From the NCBI RefSeq assembly GCF_009834535.1, contig NC_045697.1, positions 7,938,001 through 8,002,000 on the forward strand: a stretch of 64,000 nt of DNA, read 5' to 3'. This DNA is from Camelus ferus. Taxonomy: Eukaryota. Below, piece by piece: positions 48,728 through 60,272 of this stretch. Position 1 is the stretch's first letter. Each line of letters begins with the position of its first letter. The notes beneath the pieces are model-generated. The model worked only from the letters and a program-made list of their open reading frames with translations. It was not told the origin of the DNA and did no database searches. Made by a program: the position numbers and the translations under genes.

Positions 48728-49507
48728 AACTGAATTTCCGATGCAAAATTCTTAGCTTTCTCTATGTGAGTGACTTTTACTGGAAAAATAAAGACTTCTC
48801 AATACAGTGATATTTTTGAAGCACACATAGAAGATTATTGCTCTTTTACCTCCTGAAAAGAGGACTTCCTAAGTGTCACTTGGGAAGTCTGGCACCGTCT
48901 GATAAACCTCTGGGTAATAGTGAACAATATCTTAGGTTTAAAAGCCAAACAAAGTTAATATTACTTATTAAGCAGCCATAAAGAAGTAGGTATACTGCAA
49001 AGAGATGAATTAGTCATAACCCCAGCAGTTCTGCCCTCACAATTAAAATGAATTGCATTATAGCAGGTCCAGAGATATAGGTTTAATATTGCCAGAGGCA
49101 GGAAAAAAACTGAAAAAAACAAAAAAGCAGCAATCAACAAATAACCTTCTCCTTTGACTTAGAGTGTTTTAAAAAGAATGTTAATTGCTGAGTGTTTTAG
49201 GGTAAGGAAAACTTTATCATTACTTACTTTTTTATAATCTAATTGTTTCCCAATGGCATTTGAGGCAAGTTATAGTGAAAGGATATATGGCGAAGATGAT
49301 GAAAATCTCAGGAGCAAGGAATACAAAGAAATAAAGTTAAAAGAAGTGGATGAAAAGGAACCTTCTTGGGGCTCAGCATAGATTGAGAAATTTTAATGAA
49401 GAAATCTTAACTAAGAAATCTTTCCTGTTTATACTTGAATTAGTCAGCTGGGGGCTGCCATTTCAAAACGCCACAGGCTGGGTAGCTGAAAAATCACAAA
49501 TTTATTT

Positions 49508-49920
49508 TGTGAAGGAAAAGCTGGGCTGGCCTAACAAGATAACTCACAAATCTAAGTATCGGAATACTGATCTGAGTTCTGCAGGACTAACTTGTGAATC
49601 TAAGTTAATTAGTGTTGGTTTGCTGTTCATGTTTTTTGCTAGCCAGCTGGGTTTTCAAAGATATATATCTGGCTTTGGAATGTTGGTTTGCTGCATCCTC
49701 GCCCCAACTTTTGTGATGATAATGCTGCTAAAGCTGTTCCATGCCTACTGGCCGAATACCCCAAGCTTGTACTTTACCCTATAAAACTTCATGCGCACGT
49801 CTTGGAGGTGCTCAGAGCTTCGGAGCAGAAGCCCCTCTGAGCCCGCCGGCGTAATACATCTGAGTACTCCAACCCTCCGAGTGGTGCTTGTTTCTTGACT
49901 GGCCTGTCATTTCCATAACA
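49508..49920 (+). mobile_element. Young ERV solo LTR (A)
   Basis: TG...CA ends; TATAAAA at 49780; poly(A)-signal variant aataca at 49853; many intact CpGs. Confidence 0.85.
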
Positions 49921-49981
49921 TTTCCTCAGGGTTCTGGAAGCTGGAAGTCCTAGGTCAAGGTCTGGCAGGGCTGGTTGCTGG

Positions 49982-51123
49982 TGTGAATGAAAAATACTGC
50001 AAAGCATATCAGTAAACAAAGACTGCTGAAGCCATCAAGTCATAAGCTGCTGCCACCACCCCCCAGTGAAGACAAGCCTGCAGCCCAGCCTCTGCAGCCA
50101 CTCACAGTGGTGCCCTCTGAGGGGACTCAGAATAAGAAAGGACAGGACACTGGCCCTAGATAGCTAGATGCTTGTCAAAGGAATGAATACAATGAATCCA
50201 AATGTTTGCTCCCTCCCATACATAGAAAAGCACTAAATTCTTTAACGTGAGATGCCTGGTTTTCTTTAGTTAACTAGTAATCTTTTAATGTTCCAACTGA
50301 GACAGGAAGGGGGTAGGGCACAGCCATTCATGGAATGCTACAGCAATTAACATCAAGATGGTGAAAGATTCCACCCCCAGGAGGCCTTGAGGCTCAAGAT
50401 GGTGGGAAGTTTGACTCTAGCAGATCTTGAGCTTCATTATAGGCCCATTGTAATATGTTAGCATGGTGAATAACATGCCCACAGGCACCATGACAGTCCC
50501 AAGGCTAACCACAAAAGGTCAAAGAGTGGGAAATGGCCAACTTCCTGGGAATCCCAGCCCTTCCCCAGGCTAGTTAGACTGGTCCTTCCACTTATTAGCA
50601 TATGAAGCCACTGAGCCCATAAAAACTGGCAACATGATTCTTTGCCTCCAGCTGCCACTCACCCCCCACCCCGCCCTTTGAAGATGGCCTGCTCTCAGTC
50701 TATGAAGTGCGTACCTACTTTTATTCTAATCTGAGCACCCAACTCCCATACCTCGTGGCCTTTCTCTTGCCTTTCAACGTATCTCTCTAAATAAATCTAC
50801 TTTACTCAATTGTGGCTAGCTCTTGAATTCTTACCTGCACGAAGCCAAGGAGCCACACTTGGCGGGCACGTCCCAGGGTCTCAACCAAAGCCTGGGACAT
50901 GGCCCTCCTCACGCCCCACATCCATTTTCCTGCATCACAACTACCTGGCCTTTGTTGTAAAGCTCCTATATATCCTGGCTCCTCCCCTACCTCTGTGGAG
51001 CAGTCCCTCAGAGCGATCTGGGAGGCTGTCATCCTGGGCTCGAAGGGGTTCGAGCCCTTAGAAATGTCCGCCAGATAAAACATAACTCTCAATTTTTAGG
51101 CTGTGCATTTATCTCAGTCGACA
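49982..51123 (+). mobile_element. ERV1 solo LTR (B; MER41-like) interrupted by LTR C
   Basis: 'tgtgaatg...gtcgaca'; TSD ctgg at 49978-49981 and 51124-51127. Confidence 0.9.
50298..50937 (+). mobile_element. ERV1 solo LTR (C) nested in LTR B
   Basis: 'tgagacagg...gcatca'; TSD caac at 50294-50297 and 50938-50941; cataaaaa TATA-like motif and aataaa. Confidence 0.9.
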
Positions 51124-51225
51124 CTGGTGAGAGCCCTTCTCCTGACTTGCAAGCAGACCCTTGTTGTCCCAGGGTCTTCCCTCAGAACCGGCAGAGAGAG
51201 CTCTCTTGCTTCCTTGTCTTATAGT

Positions 51226-51711
51226 TGTCGACTGAAATAAATGCACAACCTAAAGTTGAAAGTTATATTTTATTCGGTAGACAATTCTGAGGACTCAGCC
51301 CGAATGACAGCCTCTCAGATCGCTCTGAGGGACGGCTCTGAAGAGGAAGGGGAGGAACTAGGATATATAGGAACTTTACAACAAAGACCAGGTGGTTGGA
51401 ACATTAAAAGATTACTTGTTAACTGAAGAAAACCAGGCATCCCAAGTTAAAGAATTTAGTGCTTTTCTATGTATGGGAGGGAGCAAATATTTGGACTCAC
51501 TGAATTCATTCCTTTGACAAGCACCTAGCTATCTACGGCCAGTCTCCTGTCCCTTCTTATTCTGAGTCCCCTCAGGGTGCACCACTGTGAGTGGCTGCAG
51601 AGGCTGGGCTGCAAGCTTGTCTTCACTGGGGGGGTGATGTCAGCAGCTGATGACTTGATGGTTTCAGCGTTCTTTGTTTACTTGTATGGTTTGCAGTATT
51701 TTTCGTTCACA
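51226..51711 (-). mobile_element. ERV1 solo LTR (B'), same family as B, inverted
   Basis: Reverse complement aligns to B at roughly 90% by eye; TSD tagt at 51222-51225 and 51712-51715. Confidence 0.92.
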
Positions 51712-52511
51712 TAGTGAAAGCAGCTCTTTTGCCCCTTTCCTATTTGCCCATGTCTGTTCCCTCTAACCTTAAAAGAACCTAATTATAGGAATGAGACCAC
51801 TAAGCAATTGAAGCTAACTCCTGACTTAAGCTCTCTTGAATACACACCATGCCTTGCCTAAGCTATTGATTCTTTTCATGGATAAAAAGAACCAAGAATG
51901 AAGAATTAAGCAGTTAAAGAATAATTAGAGTTTGAGAATTACAAATGTTAGCCACTACATATAAAAATAGATTTTAAAAAAGTTTATTCTGTATAGCACA
52001 GGGAACTATGTTCCATATCTTGCAATAACCTTTAATTAAAAAAATATGAAAACGAACATATGTATGCATATGCATGACTGGGACATTATGCGTACACCAG
52101 AAATTGACACACTGCAATTGACTATACTTAAATTTAAGTATAAATTTAAATTTTTTAAATTTAAAAAAAAAGAATGATTAGCTCTCCAACCCCAACAATC
52201 CTCTTAGCAATCCTGCAGGCAGATCCACGGGGCAAGATAACTGAAGAGAGTCAGCCAGTCTGCACAAATCAGAATGATGCAGGCAGAGCCCAGTCTCCTA
52301 CCTCAGTGATTCACTGACATCCTTTCCTTCATTTTTCCCTTTAAAAACTTTCATGGCCGAGCAGAATCTTCAGAGTGATCTCTGAACAGGAGGCCACCCT
52401 CTCCCCGGATTGCTGGCTTTTCTGATTAAAGCACTTTTCCTTTCTATTGACACGTTCCTGTCCATTATTGTCTTTTGAGCAGTGAGCAGTTGAAACTGAG
52501 TTTGGTAGCCA
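51712..52511 (+). mobile_element. ERV solo LTR (D) interrupted by an L1
   Basis: 'ccctttaaaaac' TATA-like motif, attaaa poly(A) signal and 3' end 'gagcagtgagcagttgaaactgagtttggtagcca'. Confidence 0.75.
51929..52168 (+). mobile_element. Young camelid-type L1 3' end nested in LTR D
   Basis: 'ctgtatagcacagggaactat...tacaccagaaattgacacactg'; TSD aaagaataattag (51916-51928) / aaagaatgattag (52169-52181). Confidence 0.9.
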
Positions 52512-52929
52512 AGGGGCCACCAAGTCTACAGGATTAAGGCTCCACCCTTATAACTTCATTTAACCTTACTCACCTCCTAAAGGCTTTCATCCCAAATACA
52601 ATCACATTAGGGGTTAGGACTTTGACTTATTGACTTACACATTTTAGAGGGACACGATTCAGCTTTTAGCAATATTTTTAACATGTAACTATGGTAAGTA
52701 TTATTATCCCTTAATCCTGTGCCTCTTGAAAATTAAGGCTTAGTCTCTCGAGGTCAGCTTTGCACTCTTAGCCCTGACTTCCCAGCTCTGGGTCCTGGCA
52801 CCCTCCACTGGGCATCCATGAATCTTTGTTTATACCTTATATCTCAGCCCATCGTGTCTTCTTCTCTAGTAACTTAGTCTGCAATAAATTATGCAATTGT
52901 GATAGGAGGGGCTCTGCCTTAAGTGTCTT

Positions 52930-53600
52930 GCATTCATTCACTTAGTTATCAAATATGCATTGCCTCTCACTACATGTCAGAGACTACTCTCAAAAAAAAA
53001 AAAAAAAAAAGAACTGTCTCACTGTTTTATATTCCTGCCCTCACGGTGCTTACATTTTGGGAATAGGGATGGTGTGAGTGGATGACAGTCAAAAACAACT
53101 AAACTGACAGATAAGATAAACATTTTTGCTCAGTAAGTTCAATGAAATCATCAAGTTAGTGACTGTGACCAAAGAGTAAAGGGGATTCTCAGCAGCAGTA
53201 ATGGAAGGCCTCTTTGATGTGAAATTGCACATTACCGAAATAAAAAACGACAGAGCAATCACTTCTGCAAGGAGATGTTGGTTTACGTTCGAAGCAGCAG
53301 CAGCAGCATGTACCACATCACACGGGCAATAGTTCGGTGCCTTGGAAAAAGTGACCAAAAGTCTCGGTGACTAATTAAGTAAAAATAGGCAAAAAAAAAA
53401 AAAAAAAAAAGTGACATAGCAAAGGTGGAGAAGTAATCAAGGGCCAGGTCACAAAAAACACCTGGCCAGAGTTTGGTGCACAACAGGGGCTTATAAACAT
53501 ATGAATAAATGAATACAAATGTCCAAGATGAGGGATCAGTGTAGCTGAAAAAGGTGGATGGTGTATATGGTGACCTGGAGATGTAATAAAACGACAAGCC
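52930..53600 (-). mobile_element. L2 fragment with two A-homopolymers (about 52992-53010 and 53391-53410)
   Basis: 'cattcattca...tattcctgccctcacggtgcttacatttt...ggaaggcctctttgatgtga'. Confidence 0.65.
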
Positions 53601-55344
53601 CCACCAAATACCCCAGAACAGATCTCAGTGTCTGACACACTGGAGGAGGGAGTCACAGCACTGAACCAAACACCACCCACAGCCAACGATGCCCATCATT
53701 CCTCCTTCTTCCCTGACTCCAGACACACCCTCTCCTCTGCCCTTCCTTACCCTTCAGAGTCAGGTGGTATACTTTTTTGGTAGAGGAAAAAAGCAATTAC
53801 CATTTTCCTACAAAAGCACAGTATCCTTTAAGAAAGAAAAAAAAAAAAGACTAACACTTAAGCCTTATCAGACCCTCCCTGTTACTTGAATTAAACTAAT
53901 AAGAACAAAATCCCTATTATGTACAATAGTATGTACAATAGACTTTGCTATTTGCTGCAGGACTTGTCAAGATGCATAAGCCACTGTCTCCATTTTCAAG
54001 GAATCATATGATCCACCCCCACCCCTGGGCCAAAATTCTACCTCCAATAAATATACAAATGCATAGGGTCTAATAAAGGTCTGTTAAATGGCAACTGAAT
54101 GGGTGGTGCAAATGGCAATTTGGAGATGGAATGAAGCAGCAGGCCCCTGCCAGATGGCCCAGAACTGACCTTCAATGTTCGACCCAGTGAAGGTTTCTAC
54201 TGAATGTTAGATGAGACAATAGTACATAAAATACACACCCCTCCCCGCCGTACACACCACTTACAGGGCCACGTCAATATAGTATGTGTGCTCATAACTT
54301 CTACTTTAAATTTCAAATTATGTGTCTGCATCAATTTTATAATAATTTTTCAAAAATTGCATGTGAGAAAAATTTAAGTGGAGTCACGGTGCTGATTATG
54401 GTATGATAGCTCCATGAGGCTAATAACAGTTGATGTCACTTACTTTATCAAACAAGCGGTAAACCACAACACTGGACTGGGCCTTGATGAAAATAAAATC
54501 TGAAACCTGTCTCTACTCTGAGCTGATGTGATGGGCCGTATTTGCTTCATGCGATGTAACTGATCAGCAAAGGGCTTCATGGGGTTTGCAGAGCTGCAGA
54601 AACTGAATCCAGGAGCGCTAGACAAGGCCAAGTGGCCCTGTTTTGCCAACATGGAAACACCCTGGAGCCAGAAAGGGCAGACAACCCCTGGTGGCGGAAT
54701 CAAATCTGAAATAAACGAGTCTAAGAAAAAATGAAAAATCAAACTGACAAGAAGCACAGTGTATTTATGTGATATTTGATTTCTTCATTGAGACTCAATA
54801 ATTATATTTCCACGTGAAAAATAATGGGGTCGCTAGACATTTTCTTTTAATATATACAAAGAAAATTGGGATTTTGGGATTTCCCTCTACAAGGTCTCTT
54901 TAACAGACAGTTCTGCTCACGTAGCTGTAATTTTGCCAACATAGTAGCTACAACAGGGCTTTTTGGAGGGCTGATTTTGGCACAGCTTGATTTAGACTAA
55001 GTAAGTGTTCCATGATGCTTATACATTATATAATAGGCATGTTTTTCAGGGACGTGAACCTGGGCTGCAGGATGTCATTTTGTATTTGTTGATAGAGTAA
55101 TCAACACTGCAATTAATTAGATTTGGTAGTGCCATCAGCTGGCTCATCTGCCCCCCACAAAACTGCTTCCAAGAATGCCTCTCCTAGTCAAATCCTGTTC
55201 TTGTTCATTATTTCCTTTCAGCTGGGCCGTGAAAGAAGTCAGGAGCCCTTAACCTTCAACCAGTGTGCGTCGCAATAAGCAGGCTATGCTTCGAGGGGAG
55301 AGTTTAGAACTAAAAAGATCCACCCCCTTCCTTTTGAAGTCCGG

Positions 55345-55490
55345 AAGAGATTGCGGCTCTGTATTAAACGCTTTACCATCTTTCATCCTCACCACAGCCA
55401 TGAGGGTTAGACTGAACCCAAAATCATATGCTATTTTACAGATAAGGATGAAGGTCTGAAGGCCTGGTGCCTAGTAACTAGCAGCTTGCT
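55345..55490 (-). mobile_element. MIR fragment
   Basis: 'ttcatcctcaccacagccatgaggg...ctattttacagataaggatgaagg'. Confidence 0.6.
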
Positions 55491-57199
55491 CCAGAGGGCT
55501 TACAAATCAATTTTGAGATTCTTTATTTTCAAACACTTCACTCTTGGCAGCATCAATTCTTTACTCTCCCCAGTTGCACACCTACCTGCAGAGATCTGTT
55601 TTTATTCCATCCAAGGGAGGACCTCTCTGTCATCACTTAATTATAAATCCTGCACGTGACCCCCTTGCAAAAGTCTGGCCAACTGCAGGCATTTTTAAGT
55701 CCTGTGGGAGACAACATCTTAGAAACCTTCATGAGTGATGAGGAAAGAAACTATTAAAATGAGAAAATGGGGAGAAAAATTAAAGGGAGCAAAAGGCCCT
55801 TATATCAGCATTGCCCAGAAAAATGCTTCCATTATTACATAAAGAAGGGAAGGGGAGGTCGGCCGCGGATGCAGAAGAATTTGGAAGGGACACTAAGGCA
55901 AGTGGTGAAAAGAAATCATAGAATTTCCAGCTGGCTACACATACCTTTAAAATATTAAGAGAATAAAAAATCTTTCACTTTTGCAAAAGGTGTTACCATT
56001 GAAATATCTTTATAGTGTGTACACATATGCTTTAATTTTATTTTTAGTCTTTCAATTTAAAAAACACTATCACAAAATGGTTAAAATTACTTGAAGAGCA
56101 GGGAAGAAAGTCATCACTTATATTTTCATCTCCCAAACATAGTTACTTTCATGTCCGTATTTCTTTCTTGTCTTTATATCTGAATATAGATTGTTTAATA
56201 CAACAGTCTTCAAAATTCATTTATAGAATATTTGCATGGTCTATGCTTCAGAAAGTACAGGTTAAATAATGAAATAAAGTGTTCATCTTGTCTCAGTTAG
56301 ATTTACTTACTTTACAACTGACCCAATGTTTTATCCATGGTGGAAAGCAAATGAAGTTCCTTACAGTGGGTACAAGGAATAGGGACTGAACACCAACTGG
56401 CCTTCTAGCAGGGTGACTGTTGGCTGACCATCCACTGGGCCTGGGAGGAAGCTAACCGATTCCGAGTGCTTCTCATGAACCAGGAAATGAGCTAAGAGAA
56501 ATGTACAGGCAGGTATGTGTGTATGCATAATTTCACATACTACTGGACAGACATGTACTGTTAACCTGATTAAGAAATCATAAACCATATTTTTGAAAGC
56601 TATGTGGTAATGATAAATATTTCCTTTATAAAAACATAATCTCAAAAGTAACTGATTTTAGAACAAGAGTCTGATTTGAGAGAGTATGAGACTCTGTCTT
56701 GGGAGAATCTCTCTTCTACTAAAACACACCAGTGACACCTTCATCATTGCCGTTGTTCTGTCTTATGCACAGCTCTTAACCTCTCTACAGTTTTATCCTT
56801 AAACAGAAAAAGTCCTGCATCGTAAGGCATTATCTGTCCACCCTCAACCCTTCCACAATCCCAAGGGTATTTCTCAAAATCTTCTGAGTCCCCTTTGCCT
56901 TCTAGAGATGGCAGTGCTATGCCTGCCAGGAGCCTGGACCACACCTGTGTGGTTTCTTCCCTTCTGGAGCTCTCTGACCCTCCACCCTTTCCCACGGGTA
57001 CGACCAGAGCACCTGGGAACACCAGCACTTGTGCCTCCAGGGTGGCCTGAAGCTGGGTGTCTGGCTCTGGGAGGAGGGCTGATGAGGGTCCTTTAAGGTA
57101 CAAATGCTGTGTTTCTGTCATGGGATCACAAGACATCGGGCCTTCGTAAGAGTATTGACCTGCTGATAACCTCACAACATACTTTAAAACGAGTCCCAG

Positions 57200-57995
57200 A
57201 GAGTTCAGCAACAACAACAACATCACACACAAAGCTCCTGGAAGATTAAGTAACAGTATCGAATGCTTGGGTCTGAATACAGGTTAAGAATAAACGTAAT
57301 GAAATAAGCAGAGAAGTGTTCTAAAGAGTTAAGTAAAAAAATTAAAAAGAGAGAAAACATGCTTTTAACAAAACTTTACTGAATAAAATTCAAAGAAAAA
57401 ATAGCAAATAAATGCAACAGTTGTATTAAAGAGTTATTATTCATAATGAATAAATAGCTAATTTATTTAATTGAGCTAAAATAGATCAATTTTTAAGGGG
57501 AAAAACAGCAAATAGAGTAGACAAATGATAAGGATCACAGAAACTTCATACATTAAGAAATATTAATAATTATACTTTTTTAAAGATACCAAGGTAAAAG
57601 TAATAGAAGTTTGTCTCTCAAATTGCAACTATTGAAAAAATGTTAATAACGGTGGCAAGCATGAATTTCAATACACTGTAGGTAGATAAGAATCAACAGA
57701 GTTGACAAATAGAGTTTAATATGGAAAACATATCTTTTGAGATCCACACCAATATTATTTACAGAACAAAAACCTGAAAGTAATCTCAATGGTGAAAAAA
57801 TATAAAATTGACTAACTGGAATGTTTTCACATATTATATTATGCAGCTTCTAAAATGGTGTTTACAGTGATCTGCCAGTCATGTGATTTTTTTAAGTGCA
57901 ATGTTAGCTGATGAGCACAGAATAGAGTTTTGAAAACATGCACCAGAATTTAGACAGAAATACTCCAGAATATTTTTAAAAAGCAGGTATTTCTA
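57200..57995 (+). mobile_element. Old L1ME-like fragment
   Basis: A-rich sense sequence with 'ttcaatacactgtaggtag' and 'attatattatgcagcttctaaaatgg'. Confidence 0.5.
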
Positions 57996-57997
57996 CA

Positions 57998-58120
57998 TCA
58001 TGTGTTCTTAAACTTGAGTGCAGCTAAGGAAACTACCTAAAGTGCAGATTCCTGGTCTACAGTCCTAACATTTCTGATGCCGTGGATCTGAATAGAGGTG
58101 TAGGAAGAATCTGCACTTTT
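57998..58120. mobile_element. MER5A-like hAT-Charlie fragment (left duplicate)
   Basis: 'gttcttaaacttgagtgca...tgcagattcctgg...gaatctgcactttt'. Confidence 0.75.
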
Positions 58121-58145
58121 TCCCCTTTTTGCACCCGGATATAAC

Positions 58146-59962
58146 TTTTTCCAGTTTTATTGGCATATAATTGATGTCCAGCACTGTATAAGTTTAAGGT
58201 ATACATCATAACGACCTGATTTGCATATATTGTGAAAATTGATTACCACGGTGTTTGATTTACATTCATCATCTCATATAGTCACACGTGAAATTTTTTC
58301 TTTATGATGAGAACTCTTAGGATCTACTCTCTTAATAACTTCCAAATATTTCATGGAGCAACGTTAATTATATATCAACAAGTTGTTCATTAAATCCCTA
58401 GACCTTATTTATCTTACAGCTGGGGGTTTGTACCTTTTGACCATATTCATGAAGTCCTGCTCCCTCCATCCCCTACCTATGGCAACCACCAATCTGATCT
58501 CTTTTTCTCAAAATTCGTTTTTTTTTGTTTTGTTTTGTTTTTTAGATTCCACACATAAGTAAGATTATACAGTATTTGTCTTTCTCTGTCTGATTTATTT
58601 CATGTAGCATAACGTCCTTGAGGTTTATCCATGCTGTTGTAAATAGCAGGAACCATCTGTTAAATGGACTCGGGTTGTTCCCATGTCTTGGCCATTGTAC
58701 ATAATGGTGCAAATGAACGTAGGTGTGCAGCAATCTCTCCAACATAGTGTTTTTGTCTCCTTCGGATATATTCCCAGAAGTTGTGTTGCTAGCTTATATG
58801 GTAGTTCTATTTTTTTTTTCAATTTTTGAGGAACCTCCATATTGTTTTCCTAACGGTTATACCAGTTTACAGTTCCACCAATGGTACTCAAGGATCCCCT
58901 CTTTTCCACATCCATGCCAGCATTTGTATCTCTTGCCTTTTTGATGATGAACTTTCTAACAAGTATGAGGTAATGTCTTACTGTGGTTTTAATTTACAAT
59001 TTTCTAAGGGTTAGCCACATTGAGCATCTTTTTATGTACCTTTTGGCCATTCTCATACTTTCTTTGGAAAAGTGTCTATTCAGGTCCTTTGCCTATTTTA
59101 AATTTTATAATTATTATTTACTTGTTTATTTTTGCTATTTAATTGTCTAAGTTCTTTATACATTTTGTATATTAACTCCTTATCACATATATGGTTTCCT
59201 AATATAATTTTTTCCCATTTGTTAGGTTGTCTTTTTGTTGATTGTTTCTTTTGGTGTACAGAGCCTTTCAATTTGACATAGTCCTACTTGTTTAATTTTA
59301 ATTTTGTTTCTTGTGCTTTATGTGTCATATCCAAAAAAATCATTCCCCAGGTCCATGTCAGGAAACAGTTTTCTATATTTTCTTCTAAGAGTTTTATGGT
59401 TTCTGGTCTTACATTTAAGCCTTTAATCTACTTTGAATTAATTTCTGTGACTAGTGTAAAATAGAGCTCTAGTTTTATTTCTTTATATGTGAATATCCAA
59501 ATTTCCTGGCACTATTTATTAAAAAAGACTATCTTTTCCCCACTGAGTACTTTTTTTTTTTTTGAGGTATAGTCAGTTTACAATGTTGTGTCAATTTCTG
59601 GTATACAGCACAATGCTTCAGTCATACATGGATATACATATATTCATTTTCACATTCTTTTTCACCATAAGCTACTACAAGATATTGAATATATTTCCCT
59701 GTGCCATACAGTATAAACTTGTTTACCTGTTTTATATATACCAGTCAATATCTGCAGATCTTGAACTCCCAGTTTATCCCTTCCCACCCTCCTCTCCCCG
59801 GCAACCACACGTCTTTATTCTACGTCTGTGGGTCTGTTTCTGTTCTATATATAGTTTCATTTGTTGTTTTTTTCTCCATTGAGTATTCTTGGCTTCTATG
59901 CCAAATATTAGTTGACTATATATGCATGGGTTTCTTTCTGGGCTCTCAGTTCTGTTCTGTTG
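58146..59962 (-). mobile_element. L1 (L1MA-type) 3' ~1.5 kb, 5'-truncated, with a nested younger L1
   Basis: 'ttttattggcatataattga...tttagattccacacataagt...gaggaacctccatattgttttc...tttctgggctctcagttctgtt'. Confidence 0.92.
59552..59871 (-). mobile_element. Young camelid-type L1 3' end nested in the older L1
   Basis: Poly(T) then 'gaggtatagtcagtttacaatgttgtgtcaatttctgg'; ~16-bp TSD ttccccactgagtact / ttctccattgagtatt. Confidence 0.88.
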
Positions 59963-60096
59963 GTTTACAGTGATTTGCCAGTCATGTGATAAGGCTTTTA
60001 TGCATTATTAAGTGACAGATTTAGTTTTGAAAGAGGATGCATAAAAGAGCTTAAATGAAAATGCTCCAAAATCCGTTTTTCAATGGATATTTTTAC

Positions 60097-60272
60097 ATCA
60101 TGTATTTTTAAACTTGAGCTCACCTAAGGATACTTGTCTCAAGAGCAGTTTCCTTGTACATCGTCCTACACTTTCTGAATCAATGGACATGAGGAGGGGC
60201 CCAAAATGAATCTGCATTTTTGCACAATCCCCCAGGTGCCTTGGGTGCAGGTGAGCTGCAGAAAACGGCTCT
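60097..60272. mobile_element. MER5A-like element (more complete, right duplicate)
   Basis: 'ttttaaacttgagct...gaatctgcatttttgcacaatccccaggtg...tgcagg'. Confidence 0.75.

Larger units (their letters stand above)
49436..52671 (-). mobile_element. MaLR solo LTR (MLT1A/B-like), host of the nested cluster; pieces at 49436-49507, 49921-49981, 51124-51221 and 52512-52671
   Basis: The pieces join into one collinear MLT1 ('ccacaggctgggtagct...gttctggaagctggaagtcc...ggtgagagccctt...ccaaatacaatcacattagggg'); TSD atact/atatt. Confidence 0.85.

Noticed and set aside
49350..49784. 144-aa ORF with a hydrophobic C-terminus (env-like?)
   Set aside because: It crosses the unique/MLT1/LTR A junctions and shows no env motifs such as CXXC, a furin site or an immunosuppressive domain.
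49982..51711. LTR B and B' as the two LTRs of one provirus, or TIRs of a DNA transposon
   Set aside because: They are inverted, have different TSDs (ctgg and tagt), and only MLT1 host sequence lies between them.
56744..57232. 162-aa minus-strand ORF with a signal-peptide-like start
   Set aside because: It has a non-ATG start, the Leu run comes from a (CAA)n repeat, and I recognise no homology or exon structure.
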